Origin: Catajapyx aquilonaris
Lineage: Eukaryota
Assembly: GCA_000934665.2 (NCBI GenBank)
Contig: JYFJ02001778.1
Span: 1 to 64,000 of the forward strand
Direction: 5' to 3'
Length of the DNA: 64,000 bases
Shown: positions 1 through 11,200 of the stretch, piece after piece
Numbering within the stretch: position 1 is the stretch's first letter
Layout of the letters: each line of letters starts with the position of its first letter
Position numbers and translations under genes: made by a program
Notes under the pieces: generated by a model
What the model was told of the DNA's origin: nothing
The model's database searches: none
What the model saw: only the letters and a program-made list of their open reading frames with translations

Positions 1-24
1 TAATTGGTTGACGAAAACTATTAA

Positions 25-212
25 GGTGAATCCCAAGTGAATCCCGGGGGAATCCAATGAATCCTGGGAAAAATGGTGAATCCCGGGTGATCCCGAGGGA
101 ATCTATAGGGAATCCGGGTGAATCTGGAAAAACTGGCGAATCCCGGGTGAATCTTATGAATCCCTGCCGAATCTTGTGAATCCCGGGTGAATCTGGCAGT
201 ATTAGTGAATCT
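25..212. repeat. Degenerate minisatellite of GTGAATCCCGG-like units (9-11 bp)
   Basis: 15 exact GAATC cores start at 28, 39, 50, 59, 78, 99, 110, 120, 138, 149, 158, 169, 178, 189 and 207, plus one GATCC variant at 89. Confidence 0.85.
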
Positions 213-2546
213 CGTACGTTTTTTTTCCGATTGTCCGACCCCTTGTTCGAACCAGAGGGTGAGACTGACAAATAAACAAACAGACGTTTGGTGATTACAG
301 TTACCGGATACAGCTTACCAGCTACAAGTTAGCAGCTACGAAACAACTATAGAGTAACTCAGCTACAACGTGAAGCAATGTATGTAAATTCGGAGGATTT
401 ATAGCCGGTCACAGTCACGTTGTGTATCAGCAATATTTGGGCTTGGGTTATACCAGCAGTTTATTTTGGAAATGGCTCGTCCCTTGCGCCATTTTTGGCC
501 AAAATGACGTATCCTTCCTCGGGCACAGTATAAACTCAGCTATTCATGAATTCATTTTGGGCGCCTAATGAAGTCTGGTCCATAGCCTGACTTTAGTGCC
601 GATTCCCCACCGTGTTTGGGAACAAAACGGGTAGTCCAAGTGTCCCAAGGATCGCCTCCTGGGTTCCCGGGAGCGAGGTCAATTCTTGCCATTGTTACCG
701 AGGGCCCCCAGGCCTCATTAGGTAATCTCCAGCACGTCCTTCCTTTGTGCCCTCTCCGGAGAAATACGGCCAGGCATGATTAGATAGGAGTACAAGGTAG
801 CTTACTTGTTAGCCTTGCTGGCTCCACCCTCCCCGACTCACTTGGCGCTGGCTCCTGTTGGCGCTGGAGTCGCTTCTGAATTGCCACTGATTAGCACAAC
901 CAGTCCTGGAGTCTGAGGGCCATTTGCATGTTTCAGAGGAAACCAGCAGGGGGGAAATCTTTTTGCGGGTTCGCCCCCCAATGCCGACACTATACATGGC
1001 CAAGTAGGGTAGGGTTCTAGGGGGTAAACAGTCGGTAAATTCTTCCCATCTGGAAGTGTGTACTTGGCCAGTGTCTGGCTGGAGCAATTGGTTTTGCCAA
1101 TTAATGCTCTAGGGTTAGGGTAAAGGGGGCGGTGGTGAAGGATGCCGCTTGGGGATGTCAACACACTGGGGCAGATCCATTGACGCCTGGTAAATTACGA
1201 CTTGGGCACCGAGAGAGATTCAGTCAACATCTTGTAGATGTGCCCACTAAGTTAACCCGGGTGCGTAATTACCTGCAAATATTGACCCGGATTAACAGGA
1301 TCCCGAGCAATTACACGGAAATTTGTGGCTTTATTTCTACAGCAGAAATCGTTTTGACTGCCAGGATCGGACACTAATATTCGGGTTGTATCAGATTTTT
1401 TTTGAAGCGCGCAGTTATTACTTGCAACAATCCCCAGCAGCTTTGATCCGGACTAGCCAGTGGTTCATATGATCCGGCCGGCACATCAAGCGATCATGTG
1501 TACGTCAATATTCAATTTTCCTTCCATTAGAGGCTAAAATAATCCTCCGCATGCGCTCTAGAGTACTTGACTCATGGATGTGAAAATAATTGCAAGCGTA
1601 ACTCGGCAATGAGAGTGCTGCGTAAATAATTAGATTAAAGAACCTCAAATTTCTGGAAGGAGATGATCAAAACGAAAGGGCCCCCCTTTTAATTAAAAAA
1701 CCAAGCCGAAAATATTGATCCTATACTTACGCATATCCCTCGTAGGATTACCCTTCGGTACACACCTTCACGGGAAGCTGGATGTCTCCAGACAACACTA
1801 GAGCTCATTAATTTTCACACTTGGCATACACTTGCAGAGATCCGTCAGCCGGAGCCTGGATTGGCACGCTCCGTCTCAGAAGAGAGAAGAAGAGGAGGAA
1901 TTTTCTCCCCCCTTCTTCTCCTTCACAGTTTGCTTTTGGAAATGGCTCCAGAGTCCCAGATAGCGCTTACTCTGGAAAGCTGTCCAAATTAATTTCTGTC
2001 TCCTACACCTAAGCCACCCTTAGCCGGATGTCTCCTGAAGGGGAAAAGTCGACGACCTTTTCCTTGCACGAGTATCAACTGGGCCGCCAAATTAACTTGC
2101 CTGATGGGACATTGTCTTTTTCCATGTATTTTTTTTTCTTCTCCTCCCATCACCCACGTCTGGGCTTCTTCGACAAGCTTAGATTAGAATCGCATTCTAT
2201 TTGACTTCAGCGTTAGATGTGGCGGGTAGTGAGCGGATCGAAGAATGTTAATTGGACTAGAGGATTGCTCATTCCATGGCTCATCGGACCAGGTTTCAAT
2301 TACGTTATAACCGCTATGGGCCACCTGGTGGCCGAGGATGGAAAAGCATGGCCGTTCGGACCATGTCCTGACACAGGCTGATGGCAGGCTTGATCGGCCA
2401 TCCTCCCTAATATACGAGGTGTCAATGATATTATGCAACCGGGGGGCGAAAATAGGCCGAACCAATAAATCTAGTACCCCGCTTTGTGGCCTGGTCAACA
2501 GCTTTGTCTGATGAATATATAAGTAGCCAGTATAAGACTACAAATC

Positions 2547-2798
2547 CCGACATACGTGGTAAGATTGTGCAATCGCATTTTTTTGGGTGGGGGGGGGGGG
2601 ACAACAGTGCTCCTGACCCCAAATTTTATTCGTCATTGCCAACCTCGACCATCCCTCAATGTAGTGAAACATGCCTAAATTCGATAGTTTTCCCCTTCTA
2701 CCAGTATGGCGCACTGTTGTCCACAAAAATGCGCTGGCACAATCTCACCCCACCAGGCACAATCTCACCCCACCTAGCACAATCTCACCACGACGGTA
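2547..2798. mobile_element. MITE-like non-autonomous DNA transposon relic, possibly Tc1/mariner-pogo type
   Basis: Inverted repeats CGTGGTAAGATTGTGC (2555-2570) and GCACAATCTCACCACG (2777-2792) match at 15/16. The right end terminates in ...GACGGTA. A 20-bp subterminal unit is tandemly repeated at 2736-2790. The superfamily call is inference. Confidence 0.55.
2736..2790 (+). repeat. 20-bp tandem repeat, about 2.7 copies (GGCACAATCTCACCCCACCA)
   Basis: Copies at 2736-2755, 2756-2775 and 2776-2790 (partial). Confidence 0.9.
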
Positions 2799-2975
2799 TC
2801 TATGATATTTTTTAGTTATCATATACAGAATTGACATGTGTGACACCACCCTACAAACGAGTTGACTCAATCGCCTAGGAAGTAGTTACCATAGCTTTCA
2901 CTTCTATCCTCTAATAATTGTTGAACAGGGAAAGTAGTAAGTGGGGAAAGTAGTATAGGGTCCTGGTGGACTTTA

Positions 2976-3138
2976 TCCGCGCAGTGACTCATCACCAACG
3001 TGCATGTAGTAGGCTACTACTTTCGCTCTGAGAGTAGCAGGAGTGTGCAGAGGGACAGACAGCCTGTGCGCCAACTGGTAGTGGCCTTTCGTACTATGTC
3101 CACGTTGGGGGGTGTGCCAAGCAGTGTTGCCAAAATTT
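2976..3138 (+). repeat. Interspersed repeat, copy 1 (homologous to 43242-43381 in the opposite orientation)
   Basis: Shared colinear blocks: TCATCACCAACGTGCATGTAGTA, TACTACTTTC, CTGAGAG, AGTGTGCAGAG, TGTGCGCCA.CTGGTAGTGGC, GTACTA.GTCCACG, GCAGTGTTGCCAA. Confidence 0.9.
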
Positions 3139-4702
3139 GGAAACGGGTCAGCTACTATAGTTTATGGCAGATCACAATTTCACGTCTACAGGTGAAAACG
3201 TTCATTTTCCTTTCGCTGTAATATTCTCATATTGCACCGAATTCCTGCGCTCTCAAACATAACTCCAGTCTCCAGTCCAGATGCGGAATAGGGCCGGACA
3301 CCATGTGTTCAGTTTTGCCGAAATATCGGGTTGGAAGTAACCGAGCCGTGAGCTCCTGATAATCGTATCCTTGGATCAACAGAAGGCGCCTGTTCCCACG
3401 ACCCAAACCACGGCCATTTTGAGAGGGGTTCTGAAGAAAGAAAGAAAAAAAAGGGGTGAATCATCCCTTCTCTCTTATTCCAGCATCCCCACCCTCAGCA
3501 TCCCCCCACCTTTCCGTCTCCGGTCTCGGTCCATAAGTCCATTACGGGCGAATTCATCATAGGCCTCCCGATCCCCCGGCGTTACACTCCACCGACTTGC
3601 GGCCCCATTCAAAGGCGCCGAGAGATGGATGAGAATTGCAGCCGTTGCAGCTGAGACTGTGCCGCAACTTCACGCCGCCAGAGGAAATGGAAGTGGAGGC
3701 TGCGGTGAAGGGGGGGGGGGTAGAGAGAAAATTTGGGAGAATCGGTCCCATCCACTCCCCCTCCTCCCCCCCACAAAAAAACGTCAATTCCTGTCACTCT
3801 CTAAATCCCCCACCCCCTTTCCCTGCCAACGATTTTTGGATTTGCATTAAACGCTCCCTAGAGAGGAGGGGTTGGGTACAATCTGAAAGTTTAATGCTAT
3901 CCAATATATTTTTTTCCGTCTGAAGACATTCCTTTTGTTTCTGAATTTCATGATCGCCATTAAAGATTTCCAGGACTCCGCTGGGTACGACCTGTCCTTC
4001 CCAATTTTTAACACTATTTCTTTGGATAGACTAATAGTTTTTGAATCAATAGGATGGAATCCGCGTGGAATTTCCAGGCCGCATTCTTGCAAAGTTTCTT
4101 CAAAGCTCGAGCTGAGGCGAGGAATTTCCGAACTTGCAAAATGTGTTTTGAATTCCTGGAGGTCTGGTGTTGAGGGGAAATGATTACTTTAGACAACACG
4201 GCTTAATGAACAAACACGGGGCCGTCAAACTGATTATGCAGAGAGGAAAAACATGTGATCAAAAATAACCAGACGAGCGCATTTGTGAAAAATTCTGCCA
4301 TCACTGTCGCTGCAGGGGGAAATTAAGTTATATAAGTAATTTACTGCAGTGTAACATTTTCTTTTTGCAAAATATTGAAATAGCACCAAAATATATTTCT
4401 TATGCGACTTTTAATCTAGGCAAAAATAATTACCATGTGTTCCTGTTCTCAACAATATTTTCAACGCATGGGCTCGGTTAAAACCAACAATATTATCCGC
4501 ATTACAATAACCAAGGTTGTATAATGATGCATAATAATTGCTTTTTGTCCGGTGCATGACTATAGATAGAAGCTTGATGTGCAACGCAGTGGTATATAGG
4601 CCATACTGCGTTCAATGGTCCGTCTATCCCCACCGGACTGACAAAACAAAACGTAATGGGCCGATGCCAAAGGTTGTGTCACCGTGACACAGGGCACTTA
4701 TT

Positions 4703-5241
4703 AACAAGCGCTAAGTGGAAAGAGACATGCAAACCACGAGTGACAGACCATCGAGCATGCCTGCGCACAGCACGAGCAGGTGCAAACGCCACACACACGA
4801 ATTAAAATATTAAAAAATCGGTTTTATTTTGCACTAATTGGGCGTGTGGTCCTCTCTTAACTAGACGTGCAGTGACCGGCTTGGGCATGGAGGTCACGCT
4901 CTGACAAAGCAAAAATGCTCACACCCTGTAATGCTGTTAAAAACGTGCTTTCAGTATCGACCATTCCAACAATGCACTTTTTCACCTGCTATACCAATTC
5001 TCCCTCATTTTTGATGTAAAATATGCGGATAAATTATGCCAAATTCATAAAATATTTCGCACAATCATTGCGGTGAACTGACAGACGCCAGCACACATTC
5101 CACACCAACAAAGATTTTATTTAAAAATCCGCCAATTTTTGACTAAATCATGCATCCAGACAGCCAGACAGATCGATTCCAAGGTGCTGTGCTTATAAGC
5201 CTCCACTTTTTTTCTTTTCTGAAAAGAAACTCGAGGTTTAA
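4703..5241 (-). mobile_element. DINE-1/HINE-like non-autonomous Helentron (rolling-circle) element
   Basis: Read on the minus strand: a T-run; a 5' subterminal repeat (5229-5239) inside a hairpin (5196-5240); a GTCTG-type microsatellite (5157-5172); an inverted 3' subterminal repeat (4731-4741, 10/11 match); and the terminus CTTGTT (4703-4708). This order matches described DINE-1/HINE architecture. The 3' stem-loop is degenerate. Confidence 0.55.
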
Positions 5242-8200
5242 AAAAAAATCCCACTTTTTACTCCCTTCTTGTAATTAGTTTCATCGCCTCTCGGGGCTCC
5301 CTTACCCTGAGAGGTAACGGAATCATTTTTCACGACAACGAGACCGGACACGAACCGGGTCCCCCCAAAGGGGCCTCGCTGCCCTTAATGAGAAATCTTC
5401 TTGCAAAGATAAGGCTTGCGCTGGCCTATTAGAGATGCGCTCCTGCAGTCATCAGCAAACATCCAGGCTGGAAGTAATTAGCTTCCGCTAATTTTCAACC
5501 CATTCTGGGACTCGCGTGCCATATCTGAAGTAACACATCGGGTGCTCGCTTTGCAAATCCAACGTCGCTCCAAATGCAACCCCGCTGTGTACATATATAC
5601 GTGTACAGGAGGCCAAGCCTCGCAAACTCGAGTGGAAGAGACGGATTTTAATCAATGTTCGGAGTTGCAGGCCAGAACTAGTTTATTCCATTATAAAACT
5701 GTGCATACTGGGCAGTTTAGCCAGGCACGTACATAATTAGCCTCGAGGGATAGTCTATGCCTAACCTGGGGAGCGATAATTAATTTTAAATTGTGCAAAA
5801 AATAGGTGTTATTTGTAAGTAACATATGCAATGACGTGTGGCTCAAAAAGTGAAAAAAACACGTTTTCTTGCTGAGAAATGTCTGCAACAGCAATGAAAT
5901 GTCATCGCAGCATAAAATTCCGCAAATCGTTGCAAAATAATATAAGCTAACATCAGAAACAGTATAACAAATGGAAATTATTTCAGTATTTGCAGTGGTT
6001 TTTCACTACAATATGGACCATTATGAAACATATCTGTTTAATCATGTGCTCCGAATGTTCTGCATAAATGCTTAAGTTTTTAATCTGGAAGAGTTCATGG
6101 ATATAATACATAAATTCGTTAATATTTTTGTACTGTATATCCACATACTGGTACAGCCAAATGCACTCCAGCCAATTAAACATGCTCGGAAACATAATAC
6201 ATGAAATATTGCATTCATATATAGTATTCTACATAGTCCCAAGGCGACGATAGTGCCGTGACAGGAGAATGCATTGCTTGTTATGCTTAAGCTAAATAAT
6301 GAAAACTGATGGCATCGTACAAGTTACCGGGAGCAACCTTCCGATATCTATAAATTGCCTTACGTCCAATCCACAAACCATACACACGGGTAATGCTCTC
6401 TGCATAAATAATACATCCAAGTCCAACCCAAAAAAACGAACTACTCCCTCTCGCTAATAGTAAAAGCTGACATAATACTACTTCTGCTTTACTATTTCCT
6501 TATCAGGCAAGATGAAAGATATAATACCGGCGTATAATACGATAAAGAATTGGGCCAAGGCTATCATAAGAGAATTACATATTGATGTGACGGATCGAAC
6601 TTTCACTATGCATACGATACACGATTTGAGACAAAATAAATCAATTCTGCGTGTAGCATATCTGCATAACCGAACTAGATTCATATAAGATTTTCCGACA
6701 CATCCGACCTTTCAGCAAGTGCAAAAAATTTCCGTTGATTACAAGTCCTACAACGAGTTTTTTTTTTTTGAAAAGTTAACGCAAGGTCGGTCGTGGGAGT
6801 TAATTAGCTTGATGGAGACGTCTCCCTGGACATGAGCCGTAAGTATATAGTTCAGGGGGAGACATAAGAGGTCCGGGGGTAGGAAAAGCCAGGATTGGAG
6901 CGGAAGTCATAAAAGTCGGACGGAGCTTGACGGCGTCGGGATGACATGATGCCGCAATGACGAGACTCTTTTTTGGTGGGGCCCAGGGCGACCCTTATAC
7001 AGCTTTCTCTTCTTTTTGTGTGTGTCCAACCTTCCTTTTCCACTTCGCTTTAATATGTTGCCTGAACAAAGCTTCTTTTTTTCCGACTCCCCACCCTACC
7101 ACCCCCCTTGTGCTTCGAACCTGACCTCTCCCGCCTCTTTAGTGCAAATTATGTGGACTCTGACTTGTCAGATTGCATGATTTTGCCCAGGGTCCGGCAC
7201 ACTAAGTTTATGAGATGTCTCCCCACTGGGGTTTTGCTTTTGTGTCTCGGAACGTTGATTGCGCTTCTTGCTTCAGGGGGGTTGGTCTGGCGGGCATCTT
7301 TGGCCCGGGTAGGACTAGGAAATGTTGTCATCGGATTCCGGAAAATCAATTTTCATGTGGACCGGGATGCAACTTTGCAAGGGAGCCGGATACGTTCCAG
7401 CAGATGAGGTCGTACGATGGGGAGGAAGACCCGGATAATTTGGGGCTATGCCACTGGCTTGAACAATACGGGCACATTTCATTTTCTAGGCACCGATCAA
7501 CCCTACTGCTCTACATACATCCACCTGACTGTAGTTGACCATTGCATCTGGTGCATTGCATGGAGTGACAACCTGGGATCAGAAAATTCTTCAGTACACA
7601 GCACACCTCTGGGATGTACCTTTTCATGTGAGAGGGTCCGTGAAAGGCGGTGAAAGGGATTCATTTTTGCCCGAGAAGAGTGGATCCTAAGCTTCTACTG
7701 CCGCAAAATTTTCTCGGTAATTGCTCACAGGCAACGTTGCTAATTAGCCAAAGTTCCCTCCTCCTCGCTCCTCCGCCTTTCCCTTTCCCTCTCTTACACT
7801 TGAGAAGTTGCAAGTGTAGCCCTCTCGGCAACGTCGAGGTATAAAATGGAAAGTATCGGAGGCTGCCAAAGAGCAGCAAAGGAGAGAGCCTAGGTAATCA
7901 AGGAAGGTTTACCAAACGCCGAGGACGCCGCCATCTCACTGACCTCGCGATTCCCTTCACTTAATCCACTTCATGCCCTCGGCGCTTTCTAGAAGTAGCT
8001 TCCATCCTCCCCAACTTTATGCTGAGAGGATATCGGAAAGACGGTAAAGACCCCGCCGGCAAAAGGCTCGTTATTGTGATGCCGGAGTTGGGTTTCCGGT
8101 CCGACGCCATTACCTCGGTCTCACGGGAGAGATTTAGTTCCGGGGACGCCACCACCCGGAGGCGCCACCGGTCGCCAACATGGCCACCGCCTGCTGCCTT

Positions 8201-11200
8201 TTCATTCACTTCGCACAATATGACAATGAGAGCTGCGGCATCGTAATTAACGGGGAATTAACTCGGGATTGGGGCCAAGAGCTCGTTGCCGCTTTAAAAG
8301 AGAGCACTAACTGCACGTATGCGGTGTTAGGGATGCAAAACTAACACGGGGGAATATCCGGGTGAATGGGGCCCTTGGAAAAGTTCTGATTACCTTCCCA
8401 TGTTTAATCTCACCGCAGCCGGCAGTTGCAGCAGTCGCCGCCTGTTTGATAGCACAGATTATTGCGGAGAGTGGGAGGAGAGTATATTTTATCGACATCC
8501 ATGACCCCCTGCTGATATTTCGCCGAATCAAGCTGGCAACACTATTTTTTTATATTCTTTCTTTCGTTCTTTCTGTCTGGGGCCAAGCCGCAGTCAGCAT
8601 GATTTTAGCTACAAGCCCGAGGAATTGGCTAACCGAAAGGAAGGAGAGCGTTGCGGAAAAGTCCCAGTCGGCGTTTTGGACAGAAAAGCGCCATTTCAAT
8701 TCCCTCTCTGGGAACTCAGCCTCACTAGATTGAATCATGGATGCAAAAAAGCGCCGGAAGAGAAAAGGCTTTCTCCTAGGTTGGCACGCGCTGCAAGAGA
8801 AGGGGTGGGGAGGAGTGGGAGGAAAGGGTTCTACGTTTTTCCCTTTACTCTCGCCAAACATTCTGGACTCCTTTATGGGAGCTCAGTCGAGGGTGTCAGC
8901 GGCTTCTGTGGACACAGACGCCATCATCTTCCTTCCAGCCAGCATTAGTCCGGAATGCTAATCCAGGTCAAGCTTTAAAACCCAGCACTTTTACGAACAG
9001 TTCGACCAACCGGTACTAATGGCACAAACACCATTAAAGGCCTCATATATACGTACTGGACATAACAGCGCTTCGGAAATCCCGAGTGAATCGAGTTCCC
9101 ATACAATTTATTGTATGAGGAGAAGCCTGATGTTTACGCAATTTCCATAATAATCAACGCTGTAAATATTTTATATTGCTCTTGCTTTCAAAGCTTATTT
9201 TACTACAAATTTGATAATCTGGCTGCAATGACTTCAGTAGAGAGTGACGACCTTTGAGAGTTGGCATAGCCTAATGATGTGTTTAGATTCATAATATGAC
9301 CTACATGTGGTTTTCTCTCGTGGTATGTGCTCCACCTGGCTACTGGCTCTCTGTCTATACATGTGGCACGTTCCAGTGTCAATAACACGGACACCTCTCC
9401 AACGGTCCTGAAAACATTATATCCACAGCCTCCAACCGTAATTCCGGAACAACGCGCCGTCTGAATCATTCAGACCGCATGAACTCCTCATCTACACTCG
9501 CCTTGGTCTTAACCATATTGCAAAGGTGCGTCATCCAAATGCATGGCGCCCGGCGGCGTTTTTGCCTCCCAGAAATTAAATTAACATGGCCAACTCTTGC
9601 ATTTCCCTCTGGAAAAGATCGCGGAAGCAACCCCGTCCTCATTCCGAAGAGGTCTCTCGTCCTCCGGCACACACATTTGGAATGCAGAGGACTCCATCGG
9701 AACGTGGTAGAGAGAAAAGAGGATCGAGATGGAGAGCTTGGGTTGAGTTGCTGGGAGTTCGCTGGCCTCATCCGGAAGGCACCCTCCTCTCCCCAACCAC
9801 CCAACCACCTACCCACCCACCAACCCCTTCCCCAAGATTAAAGCCGCTGCTGGTTGGCCGGAGTCAAGTCATGAAACGGGAGGAGATTCCAGGGACCCAG
9901 AGATAATGGATGGCTGGCGGTAGGCCTATCACCTCTCCCGAGCCTATTATTTTAATACAAGGGCCGTGTCCGGGAGAGACGGAAAATCCAGCAGGGAGAA
10001 AATCTGCCGCACTCTCCCGGCTGCTGCTTTGCTCGTCCACTCGGAAAATCTCTTCCCCATAGGCTTTTTTCTCGGACCTTTTGTGCACACACTTTCCCAG
10101 CACCCTGGGCCCGCGCGACTAGCTTCAAAGGGAAGGAACGAAAATATCACCCGGATATAAAAATATAGGGTGACATGTCAGCACGGATCGCTTGATCCGT
10201 GAGAGGCATGTCATCAAAAAATCCTGCAGGGTGGAATTTTTATTACAACAAAAATAGGTATGCAGTAGACCAAATATATTGGGTACTGATAATTTTTCAT
10301 TATCTGCGCAGAAAAGAGCCCTGGCGGAATTCCCCCCCCCCCCTCTCCCGCTAACAATATAATCAGAGGTTATCTGGGGATCATATTTCGGGTCTATATG
10401 GCCAAAGCTTTGGGCAATTTTTTCTTATTACAGCTGATGGCAACGACCACTCAAGGTCCGGGGAAAAAACGACAGTTTGAAGTCGGCGAAATGAAGAGTA
10501 AAGGGCTTCAATATTGCAGTACATCAGAGAGGTCTAGCATGTGAAAATAATAAGCCGCGGTCTTGTACAGCCACGTACATAATGTAAACTGTGGTTCAAG
10601 TGATTGACTCACTCTTGCCTGAAGGTCCCTCACAAAAGTTATATGAATGTCCCATGCACAACCAGCCCATTGTGTAGATCTCCTGTGATCAAAATGCCGA
10701 CAACTATGGTATACTGTCAGGTATACTGTAGGTTCTACATGCATTCTGCTGTGTCTAAATTTGAACCCTGGCCGCTCTGAATTTATCAGTAGCCATGGAA
10801 ACCTGCAGAAAATTGTCCACGGGTATTACACATTTAAGTCGGCGTCGGTCGCCTTTTTCTCTCTCTCTCTCCAGACATGTCAGAGAGAGCAGGGAAGAAA
10901 GAATGATTGGAAAAAATCCCGCATCGCTTTGGGAAAGCAAAATACACACAACACTCCTTCTGCATCCTTTTCTCGTTTTCTATCCCTGTTCCCCCGGATC
11001 GTGTGCTATCATTTATCAGAGCCGCATCCTCTCTCTAGTCCCCGAGAGAGAAGGAAGAGAACTGTCTCGTCGAAAAGAGAAGAGTGCACTCGCTTATCAT
11101 TGCAGGAGGTGTCTCTCGCACGCGACCAGAATACGGAAAACGACGGGACGAATCAGCGATCGAATTGCTTTCGGCCTAAGAAGCCCCTGGGTTTTTATGG

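Noticed and set aside
25..212. Repeat array superficially resembling CRISPR or iterons
   Set aside because: Units are 9-11 bp with no unique spacers, there are no cas or rep genes, and the context is eukaryotic.
1109..1128. TAGGGTTAGGG telomere-like motif
   Set aside because: Fewer than two full units; not an interstitial telomere array.
1778..1801. Small hairpin followed by CTAG, like a Helitron 3' end
   Set aside because: The stem is only 5 bp and the next base is A rather than the expected T.
6834..6845. ATGAGCC|GTAAGT, a possible phase-1 micro-exon end
   Set aside because: Only 7 coding bases, no signal peptide and no supporting promoter; a 6-mer donor match is expected by chance.
7210..7310. 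Signal-peptide-like ORF start MRCLPTGVLLLCLGTLIALLASG, a candidate first exon of the Dpr gene
   Set aside because: No good phase-1 GT donor follows it. The plausible donors (GG|GTTGGT phase 2, CGG|GTAGGA phase 0) do not match the phase-1 acceptor at 63549. A link through an intermediate exon cannot be excluded without RNA-seq.
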